64,000 nucleotides of DNA. Source: Paraspadella gotoi. Its lineage: Eukaryota; Animalia; Chaetognatha. A program made the position numbers and the translations under genes. The DNA is taken from assembly GCA_051294375.1 (NCBI GenBank), contig CM119263.1:6360478-6424477 (forward strand), read 5' to 3'. This document shows, piece by piece, positions 13,280 through 28,864 of the stretch. Below the pieces are notes generated by a model, which was given only the letters and a program-made list of their open reading frames with translations, was not told where the DNA came from and made no database searches. Every line of letters begins with the position of its first letter. Within the stretch, counting starts at the first letter, position 1.

Positions 13280-14841
13280 TTGTCGTCATTGCATCGAGTT
13301 TTCACATTTTTTATGACAGGAAGTCGAAAGATCAAAACACAACAACAACTGCAATGACTATCAAGGACGAAATTCGATGGGAAAAACTCCCCCCTCCCTC
13401 CTCTTCCTCCTCCCACCTCCTCCCCCCACCTCCTACTCCTCCCACCTCCTCACCCGCCACCTCCCCAATTCTCCCTCGCAATAAAATATTAAATCCAGAC
13501 GTCGAAACAAAAAAAAAACAAATGTTTTTCTCGATTGCGAGGTTGTGCGGCGCAAGGGCTTTGAGGCGTTCCTCCTCTCTCACATCTTGCAATAACCAAT
13601 TTCATCATAACTTGCTTACTATGAAACTCTTGTAAAGTCCTTCCGCTTTTCCAATGTCCAGCGACATGATACGTAACTTATTTATTGAATACGTAAATGG
13701 ATAATTTTATAATGGTTGAGCCAATCTCATAGTCTTGGAAAATAAAAATAAAAATTTACACTTACCTTCAAAACTAACAATTTAAGTTGTTTCATTAAAT
13801 TTTTTCTACATTAAAATGAAATCCTGATATTATAATTCGATTGCATAATTATTATCAGTCTATGACCCCATCCAAAATCATAAATTCTAAACGTTTTCTT
13901 CCCCCTATATGGCAATTGAAAAAGGACAATGTGCACATTTTCGCTCATAACCATTGAATTGGCAATTCGTACCCAAGAGGACGATAAAGAAAGGGTTCTT
14001 GAAGACGAATCCACGATCGACCTTCGAATTTCGTCTTCACGAAAAAAAAAAGAAGAAGAAAAATCGGGAAAAATAAATCTGGGATCGCGAATCTTTGAAT
14101 GAAATTCAATAATATTTTTCTGGTTTGATTCGCGGCCCAGTTATTGCGAGGGGTTGAAGACTGAAGACTGAAGTGGGCGAGGGATGGTGAATGATGAAAG
14201 GATGAAGCACTCAGGGTTGGTGACGAGAATCGGAATTGGATTGGAGAAGGGGAAAGAAAAATCGGAGATTCAAACGAATGGATAATTTCGACTGCAAACG
14301 TCGACCCGGGGGCGAATGGAATACGAATATTTTTTTATTTTATTTATTCGAAATCATTTCTGGGTTATCTGATCTATTTGGGCACTTGCAGAAAAATATT
14401 ATTTGTTATTTCGGAATGAAAGAGAAAAAAAACCATGGGGGGTTTGGAGAGGCTCGTTTGTAAGTGAGAACGATTTATTAACAAAATGTTAAATGATGAT
14501 TGAATTGTATTGAGCGATTCCCTCAGAATTTCCCGTCAAATTTCGCCTTTGAACGCGCGATCAGTTTCCCCCTCCCTCTTTTCCTCCCCCGCTTTCTCAT
14601 ACTCCCCCCCCCCCATTTCCTCCTCTTCCTCTTCCGCTTTTTCAAAACAGAAATGTTTTGGGTTCTTAACCTCGTCGGGTTTTTATGCCGTCGACGTCGT
14701 CGTTGTTGTCGTCGTCGTTATTGTTGTCGTCTTCTCAACATTCAACCAGCGTCGAGGAAAAGTTTCGAAGAGAGAGGGAGAGATATAAAAAGAAGAAAGG
14801 GGAGGGAGATAAAGAATAGAAATCCGGGGAGTGAGGGAGAT

Positions 14842-15453
<612 letters not shown>

Positions 15454-17669
15454 ACGAGGCGTTGAACTGCTTTTAGTTTCGCGCGACAGAATTTCGTTGT
15501 TAATGTCGGGTCGTGACCGGGATTAGAGGGACGCTGTTGTCCCGCCTGGTTTTTTCGCCTCGCCTGCCTCCCTTTGCCTGATCGCTCGCTCGCCAAGGCT
15601 GAGGCCCGTCACGCGCGTTTATCGCGGCAGCCATCGGCGGCAGTGGTTTACAATGTATAGTTGTCCATACTCGGTGGGTTCTGGGCATACTTCCGCCCGT
15701 ATCACGCCGCCAGTGAAAAGATAAGTCGAGTATTAAAATACATGCAAAAGCTAATCGCTACACTCCGTCTCGCTTCCCTTCCCGAACTAATAAACCAGCA
15801 GCTGCCCGTCTCCACCGTCCATCCCAAATGCGCGTCACATCTGCCCGCTCCGATCGCCCCAGTTCGTCCGCGACTCTCCACCTCCCCCCCCCCTGTGCGA
15901 CAATCGGATCTAATTGCGACGAGAGACCTCCCGCGGGGATTTCGAGTCGACGGGGGAAATTGGAGCTGTTGGAAATAGAGGGTATAGGGATGGGATGCTG
16001 GAGCGGTCAGGGGTTATTGGAGCGGTGGGGTGGGGAATTCCTGTCGACGGGGGAAATTCGAGATGTTGACAAAAGAGGGAGTAGGGGTGTGAAGCTGGAG
16101 CGGTTTGGGTTTGTTGGAGCAGGGGGGAATGGGGTGAAAAAGGTTGTCTTAGCGATGTTAAAAGGGGGAAGTTGGGCCTAAAAGGCAACAAATATGGACC
16201 CAAAAAATGAGGGGGAGAGAAAAGGAAAAAATTTAAGTGGATTGGCCGCTGAGGACCGAGAGTCTAGGGTTACGACCCGCGGATATTGCCTCTCTCTCAC
16301 CCTCTCTCGCGCGCACGCAGATGTACACGCCTTGCTCAAGAAGACAGACAAATGTTGAGAGAGAGAGAGAGAGAAATATTTTATAATTCAAATGTCTCTA
16401 CTAGGATTGGATTACAGTATCATATTTAACACAAACCGACCGAAACAAAAATAAATTTATTTTCATAAAAATAACAAAAGCCACCAGAAGGTAAGGTCAA
16501 AATGAAAGTCACCGCCGCCTGTCGTGTTCACTTTAGTCACCAGTGGATGAGACTTTTCTAATCTTCACCGGCGAAGCAAAGAGCTGTAGTCTCCAGGCCG
16601 ATACCCAACGACAAGTTTGACGGACCCGTCACTTTAATTCGTCTGCTATTCACTTGAGCGAGCTTAATCGGGCGCGAGTGTGCACGTGCGCGAGCGGAGG
16701 GATGACAGCGAACGCGGGCCGACACCATCGGGCGACATCGGGCAAATGCGAGCGGGCGCGAGCGGTCGCCAACGGGCGGGCAAAGCTCCGTTTCTCGTCT
16801 CTCCCTCTCTGCGGATTAGGACCTAATCCATCGGAGGCCGAGACCGCGAATGGGAATGGGGGGGAGATGAAACTCTGGCCGAAGGGCGAAGACCGTTGGA
16901 TGACTGGTTGGCTGGGTTTAAAAAAGGGGGAAGGGATGGAAGGAGTGAGACTAAGTGTCAATTGTAAAAGCTGGTCCAAACTGGGAGAGCGATTTTTGGA
17001 CATAATAACGTAGTTGCTGAAAACGCGGTTCATTAGAAGGAAACTTTTTGGGATTGGGCACTGGGCATTGGGCAAGGGGTGTTTGGGGTGGAATTGGCAG
17101 ATTTGGTTTTGGGCCAAGGACGATGCCATAGCCCGAGTCTCGAAGAGAAGAAACTTAACTGGAAACATCGCGACTCGCCGAAGGCGAAATCGAGATGTGG
17201 AGATAAAGTTCAGCAGAAAAAAAATGGCGCGTAAGATATTTATTCGGCTTTGGTGCGAGAATAAACTCCAAATATATTGAACCGCCAATAAGCCTCTTTC
17301 TGGCGTTTTAGTGCCTTTCGTTTTTTGGGGGAACTGAATGACCCTTTTCGGGTACATGTTGATGTCATTCATTTTTGGCGCAACAAATAACCTTTTTTTT
17401 TGGCATTTTGTTACTAGTCATTTTTCACGCTCTATCAAACCCTTTTGTGTCATTTTAAAATGAATGCTCTTTTCTGGCTCGATGATTTTTGACAGGCAGC
17501 AAAACGCTTCATTGGATACATACATTATACAAACAAAACTGTAGCAAGTGAGTCAAATTCTAAGTATATTGAGTCTGATTTTCGGGAATAAATCGAGACA
17601 TGGACAAGATGAGAAAAGCTGTTTTGCGAGAGAGAGAGNNNNNNNNNNNNNNNNNNNNNNNNNAAAGAG

Positions 17670-18165
<496 letters not shown>

Positions 18166-20709
18166 GAGAAGAAAAATAAAGAAAAGAAGAATTATTGAGA
18201 GAAGGGAAATGAAACAAGGTAGTATGTAAAATAAATGAATATAAAGAAATAATAAATGATAAACAAAAAGGAAGAAAAATACGAGGAATGAGGAAGAGAA
18301 AATAAGAGAAAGGGGAAAAGTTTATACGGGTGAGGTTTTGAAGAAGAAAAAGCTTTTCCTATTTATTCCTGGGATAGCTATTTGAGAAAGAATGAACGAG
18401 AGAGAGAGANNNNNNNNNNNNNNNNNNNNNNNNNNNNNNNNNNNNNNNNNNNNNNNNNNNNNNNNNNNNNNNNNNNNNNNNNNNNNNNNNNNNNNNNNNN
18501 NNNNNNNNNNNNNNNNNNNNNNNNNNNNNNNNNNNNNNNNNNNNNNNNNNNNNNNNNNNNNNNNNNNNNNNNNNNNNNNNNNNNNNNNNNNNNNNNNNNN
18601 NNNNNNNNNNNNNNTCGGGGCGGCAGAGGTTTGCGGCGGCGGCGGCGTCAGCGGCGGCGGAGCAAGAGTCGGGCGCGTCTCCTCTGTCTGAACAAAGGCC
18701 AAGAAAGGGAGATGGATGAGAGGCGGGNNNNNNNNNNNNNNNNNNNNNNNNNNNNNNNNNNNNNNNNNNNNNNNNNNNNNNNNNNNNNNNNNNNNNNNNN
18801 NNNNNNNNNNNNNNNNNNNNNNNNNNNNNNNNNNNNNNNNNNNNNNNNNNNNNNNNNNNNNNNNNNNNNNNNNNNNNNNNNNNNNNNNNNNNNNNNNNNN
18901 NNNNNNNNNNNNNNNTTGTTTATTTACTGGTTTGTTTAATCTTTCGAATTTTATCGTTTATTCTCTACTGTTTATTTCTCTCTTCTCTTCTGAGATCGAT
19001 ACAGACTCGAATANNNNNNNNNNNNNNNNNNNNNNNNNTCGCCACCATAACTGTAATGAAAAAAGTGCTCGCTGTTTTTTATTATATAACTTATTTTTGA
19101 TGAACTAGCTTACTTCATAATTGTATTTTTTTTATTTTAACACAATTTTCGCTTCCTTTTTTGTTCACAGGTTGAATTTATTTTAACATTTTGTTTTCAC
19201 AGAGTTTAACGTCCCTGAGGAATTGCGTCCCTCTCAACAAAGCTCTAAAACTAATTAATCAACAAAGTCACTTTTTAACCATTTTTTTTCCCATCTGTAG
19301 ATGAGGCAGCATTTACTGTAAAATTTGTTGTTTTATTTAAAAAAGTTCATAAAAAATTCAATCATGATGTTAAATAAACTTCTTCTAAATGGAAAGGTCT
19401 AGTCCACATCTCAGCCTTTAGTTTATTATTATATTTACATGTAAAACATTTATTAAGATCAAATTCAAAACTTTTTTTTTTGCTCGACGAAAACAGCCAA
19501 AGTTATCGATTTTTTTAAATACAGCAAAAAAATATTTTTTTTTGCTCGACATCCCTCGACGAGCGATGAATAAAAATGGAGAATATGAAAAAGAAGAAAA
19601 AATATTTAAAGATTCTTGATGCTGCTCTTTCTTCCTTTCGGCGTTATCATCGGGGGGGAGGCGGGGGGGAGTGGGCGAAGGGTGATGTAAGGACTGAGGG
19701 GTTAGCTGAAGAGCGGGAAGATTAAAATGTTAGTGAGAAAGTGTAGTCGTATTTATTGTAGGATTGCTTGATACAGCATAGATCCGCTTAATAATTTGTC
19801 AGTGGTTCAAACACAGTTATGATTTATTGCGGAAAATACGTGGGCGGCCACAACTTACTTGGAATCAATCACGTGCAAAGTAAAAACAGGTTTAATACAT
19901 AAATTAACGCGTTACAATACTCAATCAAATTTTTTTTTACCTAAATTTATATTAAACATTTACAAATGAGATGTGTTGCCAGTTCCAGAGATCCTTCAAA
20001 AATTGGTCTCCAACATGATGAGTTTACAGAGAGAAGAAGTGGAGCAACATGTACTACGAGGAAAGTAAAAGACGAATAAGAGGAGAAAGAGTAAAGATTG
20101 AAAAATCAGAACGAAGAAAATCGCGTTAAAAACTGAAATAGATGAGAAATTGGCAAATGTGCTCCTTCACCGTGTGTTGGGGAGAATCTAGTTTTGAAAA
20201 ATGGTTTCGCGGATAGAATAAGTCGAGAGAGGTTTCGTATCGTCGGTGGGCGTGGTTGAGGGGTTGGGAAAAGCGGCGCCAACGTCCATGACAAAATTGG
20301 TGGGCGTGGGATAGAGGTTGTGATTCCCGGCGCCAAAACGACATGGCGAAAGTAATTGTTGGCGCCTTCGGCAAAAAGAGTAGCGGTGAGTGGAAAAAAA
20401 TTTTCAAGGCGCGTTGGTAATGGGCAGTGGGTAGTGGATAGTGGACAATGGGCAATGGGTAGTGGGCAGTGGGTAGTGGGCAGTTAAAATGGGCTTTACT
20501 CGTGAGGACTCACTGCTCAGGACAGCGGGAAACATTTTTTTTTCTTCGGGTCGGAAAAAAATTGGCGAAGTGACGTTGATGTCGGGGCACCGATGGGCAG
20601 AAAGGCGGGAAAGGGCGGATGGAGGCGGGAGAGAATTGGCAGGGCCCGAGGGACGATGTGGAAAGCCGCCATCTCTCGAGAGATTCGCCTTAAAGAAAAT
20701 TCGAATCGA

Positions 20710-21112
20710 CCGTCGTCTTCGTCGTCTTCGTCGTCGTCGTCGTCGTCGTTCTTCTTGGTGACTGCTTCGTCGACGATTTCGTCGTCGTCGTTTTCATCGT
20801 CGTCGTCGTCTTCGTCGTTCTCATCGTCGTCGTCATCTTCGTCGTTTTCATCGTCGTCGACTGAATTTTTGATGATGTTGATGCCGTCGTCATCGTTCTT
20901 CCCGCGCCAAACGTCACCCGCTCCCAACTCGATAACGTCATTCGTTTTCGTGGTTTAATTCTCGTCGTTGTCATCGTCGTCGTCGTCGTCTTTGACCCCT
21001 TATCGTCTTAGTCACCCTCTTGTCTCGGCCGTCGGCGCCGTCTCTGCCAAATCTGCCAAACTTGGTTAGAACTCACTTCGTCCTTTTTTTAAGACGAGAG
21101 GACACGTCGTCT

Positions 21113-21155
<43 letters not shown>
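20710..21155. repeat. Degenerate (TCG)n trinucleotide repeats
   Basis: Runs of tcgtcgtcg; these produce the poly-D/S/T ORFs in the track. Confidence 0.9.
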
Positions 21156-21156
<1 letters not shown>

Positions 21157-23203
21157 TCCCTTGGTCTCCAATCTCCAGTCACAACGGCCGAGAAGGACTC
21201 ACTAAAGAAATTAGCAGATAGTAAACGTTTTGAACGCAGAACATTGACAAAGAAAAACCATCAAAACAGAATAAATTCTAAACTGGAAACGGAAGAGCGA
21301 ATGTGCAAGCGAGCGCTACACTCAAGGGCACCAAACGTCGCGACTTTAAAGAAGAAAAAAAAACATCTTTAAACGTTTCCTTTTTCTTTTTAAATACTAT
21401 GTTTTGCTTTTAGTTCGTCCTTCGAAAAGGAAGCAACGCGAATCACCCTTAACTCGACTTCTAGGTCTTTTTCTTCCTTTCTTCGGTTGTCTCCTTCTTT
21501 GCCATTTCTCTCTTTATTTTCTCCTTCCTTCTTTCGCTGTCCCTGCCCCTCTTTTGCCAGTTCTCTCCTTTTCTCCTTCCTCTTTCTTTGGCTGTCCCTG
21601 CCACTTCTTTTCCTCTTTCCTACTTCTTTCATTGTCTTTGACCCGACTTCTGCGATCTGCATTCCTCTCCCGCCATCTCACTTCTCTACCCTTCTTCTTC
21701 TTTCCGTCCTTTCTCATGATTTGCCACATCTCCTCATCCAATTCGAAGCTTTCCTCGCCTTTTCTCGCCCCCTTTCCCTTTTAGTCTTCTCTTTTCCTCT
21801 TCTCTTCCCTGTCCTTCTCTCTTATATCTAATATCTTCCATTCTCTCGTTCCCTTTCTTGTCCCTCTCTTTCCCTCGTCTATTCTCTTCCATTTTCTTTA
21901 CCCTGCTGTCGTTCTCTTTTCTTGCTTCACCTTCCTATCATTTATTTCCCTTCTTCTCTTGATCCTTTCCCTTCCCACGCTTTTTTCATCCTCCCCTCAT
22001 TTTCTTTCTCTCATACTTCCTTTCTCTCCCTGCCTTCCTTCTCTTTCACTTTCCTTCCATCACATCTCTTGCCTTCTTTTGAGATTTTATCATCTCTCTC
22101 TCCTTGTTTTTACCCTTCTTTTTTAATTTTTCTCCCTCTTTTTCCTTTTCTTCTTTCACATATCCTCCCTTCTTCTGACCTTCCCATCTCTCCTTCCCTT
22201 TTCCTCCCTTCCCTTCCTCTATCCTTCCCTTCTCGACGAAACTAATCGCATAAGCGTTTTCGAAACTCTCGCTTGAATTCCTCAAAGGACGTCGGAGCGG
22301 AAAACTGGGAAGCGAGGCGTCGCTCCCTTGCTGCATCTGTTTGCTACAGATGCGCGAATGACGCTCTGCCTTCGAATCCGATTGGTTCTCTGCGTTTCTT
22401 TCTCTCTTTTTTTAAAATCTTTTTATTAACATTTTTATCTTTCCAACTTTACAAACGAGAAAACTCGCTCGCGGCTTTCGCTGTCTACAATGAAACGAAA
22501 TGCGGTTCAATGTCCTTTGTCCAACATCGATGGGATCTTCGATAAATTTATGGAATCGGTACAACTAATATAAAAATTTTAAAAAAATGATAAATAAGCT
22601 TTTATTATTTTATTTTACCTTACGTTTAGTTATCTATTTGCTCTCTGTTTAAAAATAAACAAAATATTGATTAACGAACATCAGAAGCTTCTGCGGCGGA
22701 ATAACCACACCACACCCACATTCAGCCAATCTCTATTTATGTTCATAAAAACAAAAACCTCAGTTTTGCCAATAAAAAGATCTCACTCGCTCACGTCCTC
22801 ATAATCGAAAGCGGCCAACCCTGCTGCGCATTCGGATATATCCTCGAGCCCCATTCCGGTCGCCATTATCCGAACGGCGAACAACTGCGCTTCCACGCCT
22901 TTGCCTTCTCTCTCTTCGTAGCAACGAGCGAGGTTGACGCTTCGGCGGGGGGATTCCCGTTACCGGCGCTCACGACCGCGAGATGGCGCGATGGGTTTCA
23001 TCAATCATTTTTCCCTCTTCCAAAGGTCGTTTGAGTAACGAGCGACGGAAACGAGAAAAGACGCGAAGTAATAAACGATCCCTCGTCCGCCGCCGCTTTT
23101 TGTTTTCCCGCCATTTTTTTTGCGCGAAATGAAATATAAATAGAAAACAAAAGGGACATTCATAACATTGGGTGAAGGATTATATCTGAAACCACTTTCT
23201 CAC

Positions 23204-23522
23204 ANNNNNNNNNNNNNNNNNNNNNNNNNNNNNNNNNNNNNNNNNNNNNNNNNNNNNNNNNNNNNNNNNNNNNNNNNNNNNNNNNNNNNNNNNNNNNNNN
23301 NNNNNNNNNNNNNNNNNNNNNNNNNNNNNNNNNNNNNNNNNNNNNNNNNNNNNNNNNNNNNNNNNNNNNNNNNNNNNNNNNNNNNNNNNNNNNNNNNNNN
23401 NNNNNNNNNNNNNNNNNNNNNNNNNNNNNNNNNNNNNNNNNNNNNNNNNNNNNNNNNNNNNNNNNNNNNNNNNNNNNNNNNNNNNNNNNNNNNNNNNNNN
23501 NNNNNNNNNNNNNNNNNNNNNN
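23204..23522. other. Assembly gap (largest of nine N-runs)
   Basis: N-runs at 17639-17663, 18410-18614, 18728-18916, 19014-19038, 23204-23522, 24686-24710, 27806-27830, 41535-41544 and 51271-51295; five are exactly 25 N. Confidence 0.98.
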
Positions 23523-24268
23523 AAAGAGATTGGCGATAAAACCTTTTTATCGGATTCGGATAAAAATCGCGTCCCGAGCTGAGAGATCGCTGGCGGAACT
23601 CATTACGAGGTTTCGATCAGCGGGAGTTACAACTCCTTACTCAATTCCGGCCCAAGGTAAGAAAGGGCTTGTACTTTTAATAAGGGGGGGTGGATGGGGA
23701 AAAAGGGGAATGACATGACATTGAGCAATGAATATTGGTATTACTGATTAATTTCAGATTGTGGAAGACACTGGGACATTTATTGGTTCGAAGATTGATA
23801 ATATTTCTCTCTTTTATTTATCAATTTATTTATCAATAGTATCTCTTGATTCCTCGATTCCGCCTGTTCCACTTACTAAAACTGCCTTGCTCTTGTACCA
23901 ACTTCCAAGTTTGTCTTTGCGTTTTTTTTACTCTAAAAAACCGTGCGTCTCATTAGTTGGTCATTTTAATTTAATGTTTTAATTAGGTCTCATTATAATT
24001 TTATTAACTTTCGTATCCTGATACGCGACGGATCGCCGACGGCCGTGACGGGAATTCCAAACTCCATCTCAAAACTGTTTTTGTTAAGTGGGCGTGGCCT
24101 TGCGTTAAAGGAAAAGCGAAGGCAACGCCCCCTTGTGAATTGATCCCAGTTCAAAATCACTTTGGGATCAGTCCTCTCCCACAGTGACTGTAAAAAAGGC
24201 AACTTGTCTAATCTGCGACGACGAAACCACTTTTTAACCTCTTCTTTAAATAATATGCGCAGACCCAC

Positions 24269-24314
<46 letters not shown>

Positions 24315-25671
24315 ACTCTCTCTTCTCTATATTTCCTTTGCATCCGAGGAGATGTTCGTTTCGCGCTCCAAAGCCTCTCGTCCCCCTACCGCACCCCACC
24401 CCCTCCCCCTCAGCCCTTTTAGCCCAGCCGCCTCCCTTTCCAAAAAAAAAAAAAAAAATCGCGAGGCGCTAAATATTTCCGTTTCCCGGGTTTCCGAGAT
24501 TTTTAACGTCCTCACATCATCATTTTCCCCTTCTTCGATTCGCCCGCTTTTCATTGGTCGATGAGCGGAGATGACGTCATCCAGGCGTTAACCAATGGAC
24601 CAATCAGAGAGTGGCCTAGAAACGGAGCCACACGCTAGTGCGCGCGCGACGTCCTACGCGTGCTGGAATGAGAGAGAGAGAGAGANNNNNNNNNNNNNNN
24701 NNNNNNNNNNAAAGTTGGCGGCCACGCAGACGACCATTCGAAAAAGAGGAGTTATTTGACTTAATTCTTCCATTAAGTTTTACGATTGAGAGGAACGATT
24801 ATGAAGTATTGAAGAGAGAGAGAGAGAGGAGAGAGAGAGAGAAGAGACGTAGAGAGAGAGAAGAGAGACGAGAGAGAGAGAGAGACAGAGCGAGAGAAAA
24901 GACGATTGGCGATAAAACGTTTTTATCGATTTCGGATTAAAAATCGCGCTCCCGAGCTGAGAGATCGCTGGCCGGAATCATTACGAGGTTTCGTCAGCGG
25001 GAGTTACAACTCCTTACTCAATTCGGCCAAGGGTAAGGAAAGGGGCTTGTACTTTTAATAAGGGGGTGGAATGGGGAAAACAGGGGAATTGACATGGTAC
25101 ATGGCAATGAATATTGGTATTACTGATTAATTTCAGATTGTGGAAGACACTGGGACATTTAATTGCGTTCGAAGATGATAATATTTCTCTCTTTTTATTA
25201 TATCATATTATTTATTCAAATAGTATTCTCTTGATCTCCCGATTCCGCCTTTCACTTACTAAAAACTCGCCTTGCTCTTTGCTACCAACTTCCAAGTTTG
25301 TCTTTGCGTTTTTTTACCTCAAAAAACGTGGCGTCTCATTAGTTTTGTCATTTAATTTAATGTTTTTAAGTACGGTCTCTATTATAATTTATTAACTTTC
25401 TATCCTATACGCGACGGGATCGCGACGGCCGTGACGGGAATTCCAAGACTCCATCTCAAAACTGTTTTTTGTAAGTGGGGCGTGGCCTTGCGTTAAAGGA
25501 AAAGCGAAGGCAACGCCCCCTTTGAATTGATCCCAGTTCAAAATTCACTTGGGATCAGTCCTCTCCACAGTGACTGTAAAAAGGCAACTTGTCTAATCTG
25601 CGATCGACGAAACCACTTTTTAACCTCTTCTTTAAATAATTGCGCAGATCCCACCATTATCTCTTACCTCT

Positions 25672-25718
<47 letters not shown>

Positions 25719-27603
25719 TCTCTCTTCTCTAATAATCCTTTTGCATCCGGCAGATGTCGTTTATCGCGCTCCAAAGCCTCATCGTCCGCCCTACCGCACC
25801 CGCACCCCCTCCCCCTCAGCCCTTTTAGCCAGCCGCCTCCCTATTCAAAAAAAAAAAAAAAAAATCGCAGAGCGCGCTAAATATTTCGTTTTCCCGGGTT
25901 TCCGTACATTGTTTAACGTTCCTCACATATCATCATTTTTCCCCTTCTTCGATTCGCCCGCTTTCATTTGGTCGAATGAGCGGAGATTGACGTCATCCAG
26001 GCGTTAACCAATGGACCAATCAGGAGAGTGCCTAGAAACGGAGCACACGCTAGGTTGCGTCGCCGCGACGCTCCTACGCGTGCTGTGAATGAGAGAGGAG
26101 AGAGAGAGAGAGAGACGAGGAGATGATGAGGTAGGAGAGAGAGAGTAGAGAGAGAGCATAGTTATCGCGTTCTCTCTCGCGCCGCTCGGGCCCTCGTCGC
26201 GTTGCGGACTGCGTCAATCTATTGGTACTTCGATGCCGGCCACTGCCTACGCCTTGCCGTCTCTCTCTCTCTCTTATTGCTGTCTCTCTCTCTGCCTAGG
26301 AGGATCGGCACGTCAGGCTTTCAAACGTTGGCTTCTTCTTCTCTCTTCTCTCTCTCTCTCTCTCTCTCCCTCTCTTCTCTCTCTCTTCCTCTCTTCCTCT
26401 CTCTCTTTCACTCTCGTAAAAAGAAAAAACAAGGTCCCCGGGGAGAAGACTCCCGCAGGTTTTCGCTTCGTCCGCTTCGTTTCTTTTTCAATGTCGTTTC
26501 TTTTTTTATTTTCGGCTTCGACGATATCGCTTTAACTTGATTAAAGAAAAAAAAAATAAATGGGAGATCCACTGGCGAGAGAAGATTACCTTTCTCTTCT
26601 TCTCTTCTTTTATCCTCTCTCTCTTTTTTCACTCGCGCTTTTATTCCCGGTTTCTTTTGGGCGTCTATCTTTGTATTTCCTCTCTTTTAGTTTTTTTATT
26701 TCTATTCTATTTTTAGCATGCGCGCCGAGTACTCGCGGAACAACTCTAAAAGTCACTGTTTCGGTTGGGTCAGTCCGTCAGTCGGTCTGGTATATCTGTC
26801 TGCTCAGTCTTTCACCACTTCACGTCAAAAATGCTCATAACTCGCCTATAATTGATTCTCAGAAAAAACCTTGCAAATATAAGAAACTGCATTCAGAATT
26901 CCTAAAACTATACGAATAAAAAGACGGAAATTTGGATGCAGCGCATGTCATAAAACAAAAAGTTTTTATGTATGTCATGTCATGTCATTATCATGTGAGC
27001 AAAGGGGAAATACACGTGAAAAATAAAGTCTCACGCGGCCGCAACACATTGGAATTACCGTTCGTTGTTCTCTCGTATTTTTTTCTCAGATATTATATTG
27101 ACCCCCATCCGCATAGTCTTGTGTGGACCCTCCGTCTCATTTCTTTGTTTTTTCCCCGAGTCGTGTTGTATTTGCTCGTCTTTCTCTCCTATCTGCTCGC
27201 GAATGTTATTTTTGACGTGTGGCGCTCGCCCTTTGCTGCATTTGTACCATTTCGTACCTGTTTTCCATCTTAATTGAGCATCTAGTTCCAGTCTTCTCGC
27301 TTCTTTCCCTCTTTTTATCTTTATCTTTTTCACCTTTGGTGCCTCCATGACTCACCTCCTAGGTTATCCCTCACCACGCTCTTCTCTTCTCTTTTCTTTC
27401 TCTCCCATTTCTTAAGCGTCTCACCTCTCTTTCGCTTGACGAGTCTGGACACTTTCTAGGGAACCTAAATGTCATCGGATCTTAACTCGATTACCTTCCC
27501 TTCTCCAGCTTCTTCTCTTTCTTACTTTTTATTGTCTCTCTTTCTTTCTTCCTTTCTTTCTTTCTTCCTTCCTTTCTTTCTTTCTTTCTTTTTTTTCTAG
27601 ATT

Positions 27604-27636
<33 letters not shown>

Positions 27637-28821
27637 TTTGTCTGTCTTTCTTTCTTTCCTTACTTTTTTCCTTTCTTTTTCTCCTCTCGTTAGTCCGAGA
27701 TAAGATAATCGATTTTTAACGCTTTTTTTCTCTCTAGATCGTTAAGGGTTGATTTGCAAATATCAGTCTTTTTTGATAGAAAGAGACGGAGAGAGAGAGA
27801 AAGAGNNNNNNNNNNNNNNNNNNNNNNNNNAAAGTTGGCGGCCACGCAGACGACCATTCGAAAAAGAGGAGTTATTTGACTTAATTCTGTCCATTAAGTT
27901 TTACGATTGAGTAGGAACGGATTTATGAAGTTAGTTGAGAGAGAGAGAGGAGAGGAGAGAGAGAGGAGAGAGAGACGTAGAGAGATGAGGAGAGAGAGAG
28001 AGATGAGATGAGGAGAGAGCATGATGAGAGGAGATAAAGAGATTGGCGATAAAACCTTTTTATCGTATTCGGATTAAAAATCGCGTCCCGAGCTGAGAGA
28101 TCGCTGGCCGGAACTCATTACGAGGTTTCGATCAGCGGGAGTTACAACTGCCTTACTCAATTCGGCCAAGGGTAAGGAAAGGGCTTGTACTTTTAATAAG
28201 GGTGGGGTGGATGGGAAAAAGGGGAATTGACATGGACATGAGCAATGAATATTGGTATTACTGATTAATTTCAGTATTGTGGAAGACACTGGGACATTTT
28301 AATTTGCGTTCGAGATTGATAATATTTCTCTCTTTTTATTTATCGATTTATTTATCAATAGGTATTCTCTTGATCACTCGATTTCCGCCTTTCCACTTAC
28401 TAAAAACTCCCGCCTTGCTCTTTGTACCAACTTCCAAGGTTTGTCTTTGCGTTTTTTTACCTCTAAAAAATCGTGGCGTCTCGATTAGTTTTGTCATTTT
28501 AATTTAATGTTTTAAGTACGGTCTCTATTATAATTTTATTAACTTTTCTATATCCTATACGGCGACGGATCGCCGGACGGCCGTGACGGGAATTCCGAAG
28601 ACTCCATCTCAAACTGTTTTTTGTTAAGGGGCGTGGCCTTGCGTTAAAGGAAAGCGAAGGCAACGCCCCCTTGTGAATTGATCCCAGTTCAAAATCAGCT
28701 TTGGGATCAGTCCTCTCCCACAGTGACTGTAAAAAAGGCAACTTTCTAATCTGCGATCGACGAAACCACTTTTTTAACCTCTTTCTTTAAATAATTGCGC
28801 AGATCACATTATACTCTTACC

Positions 28822-28864
<43 letters not shown>

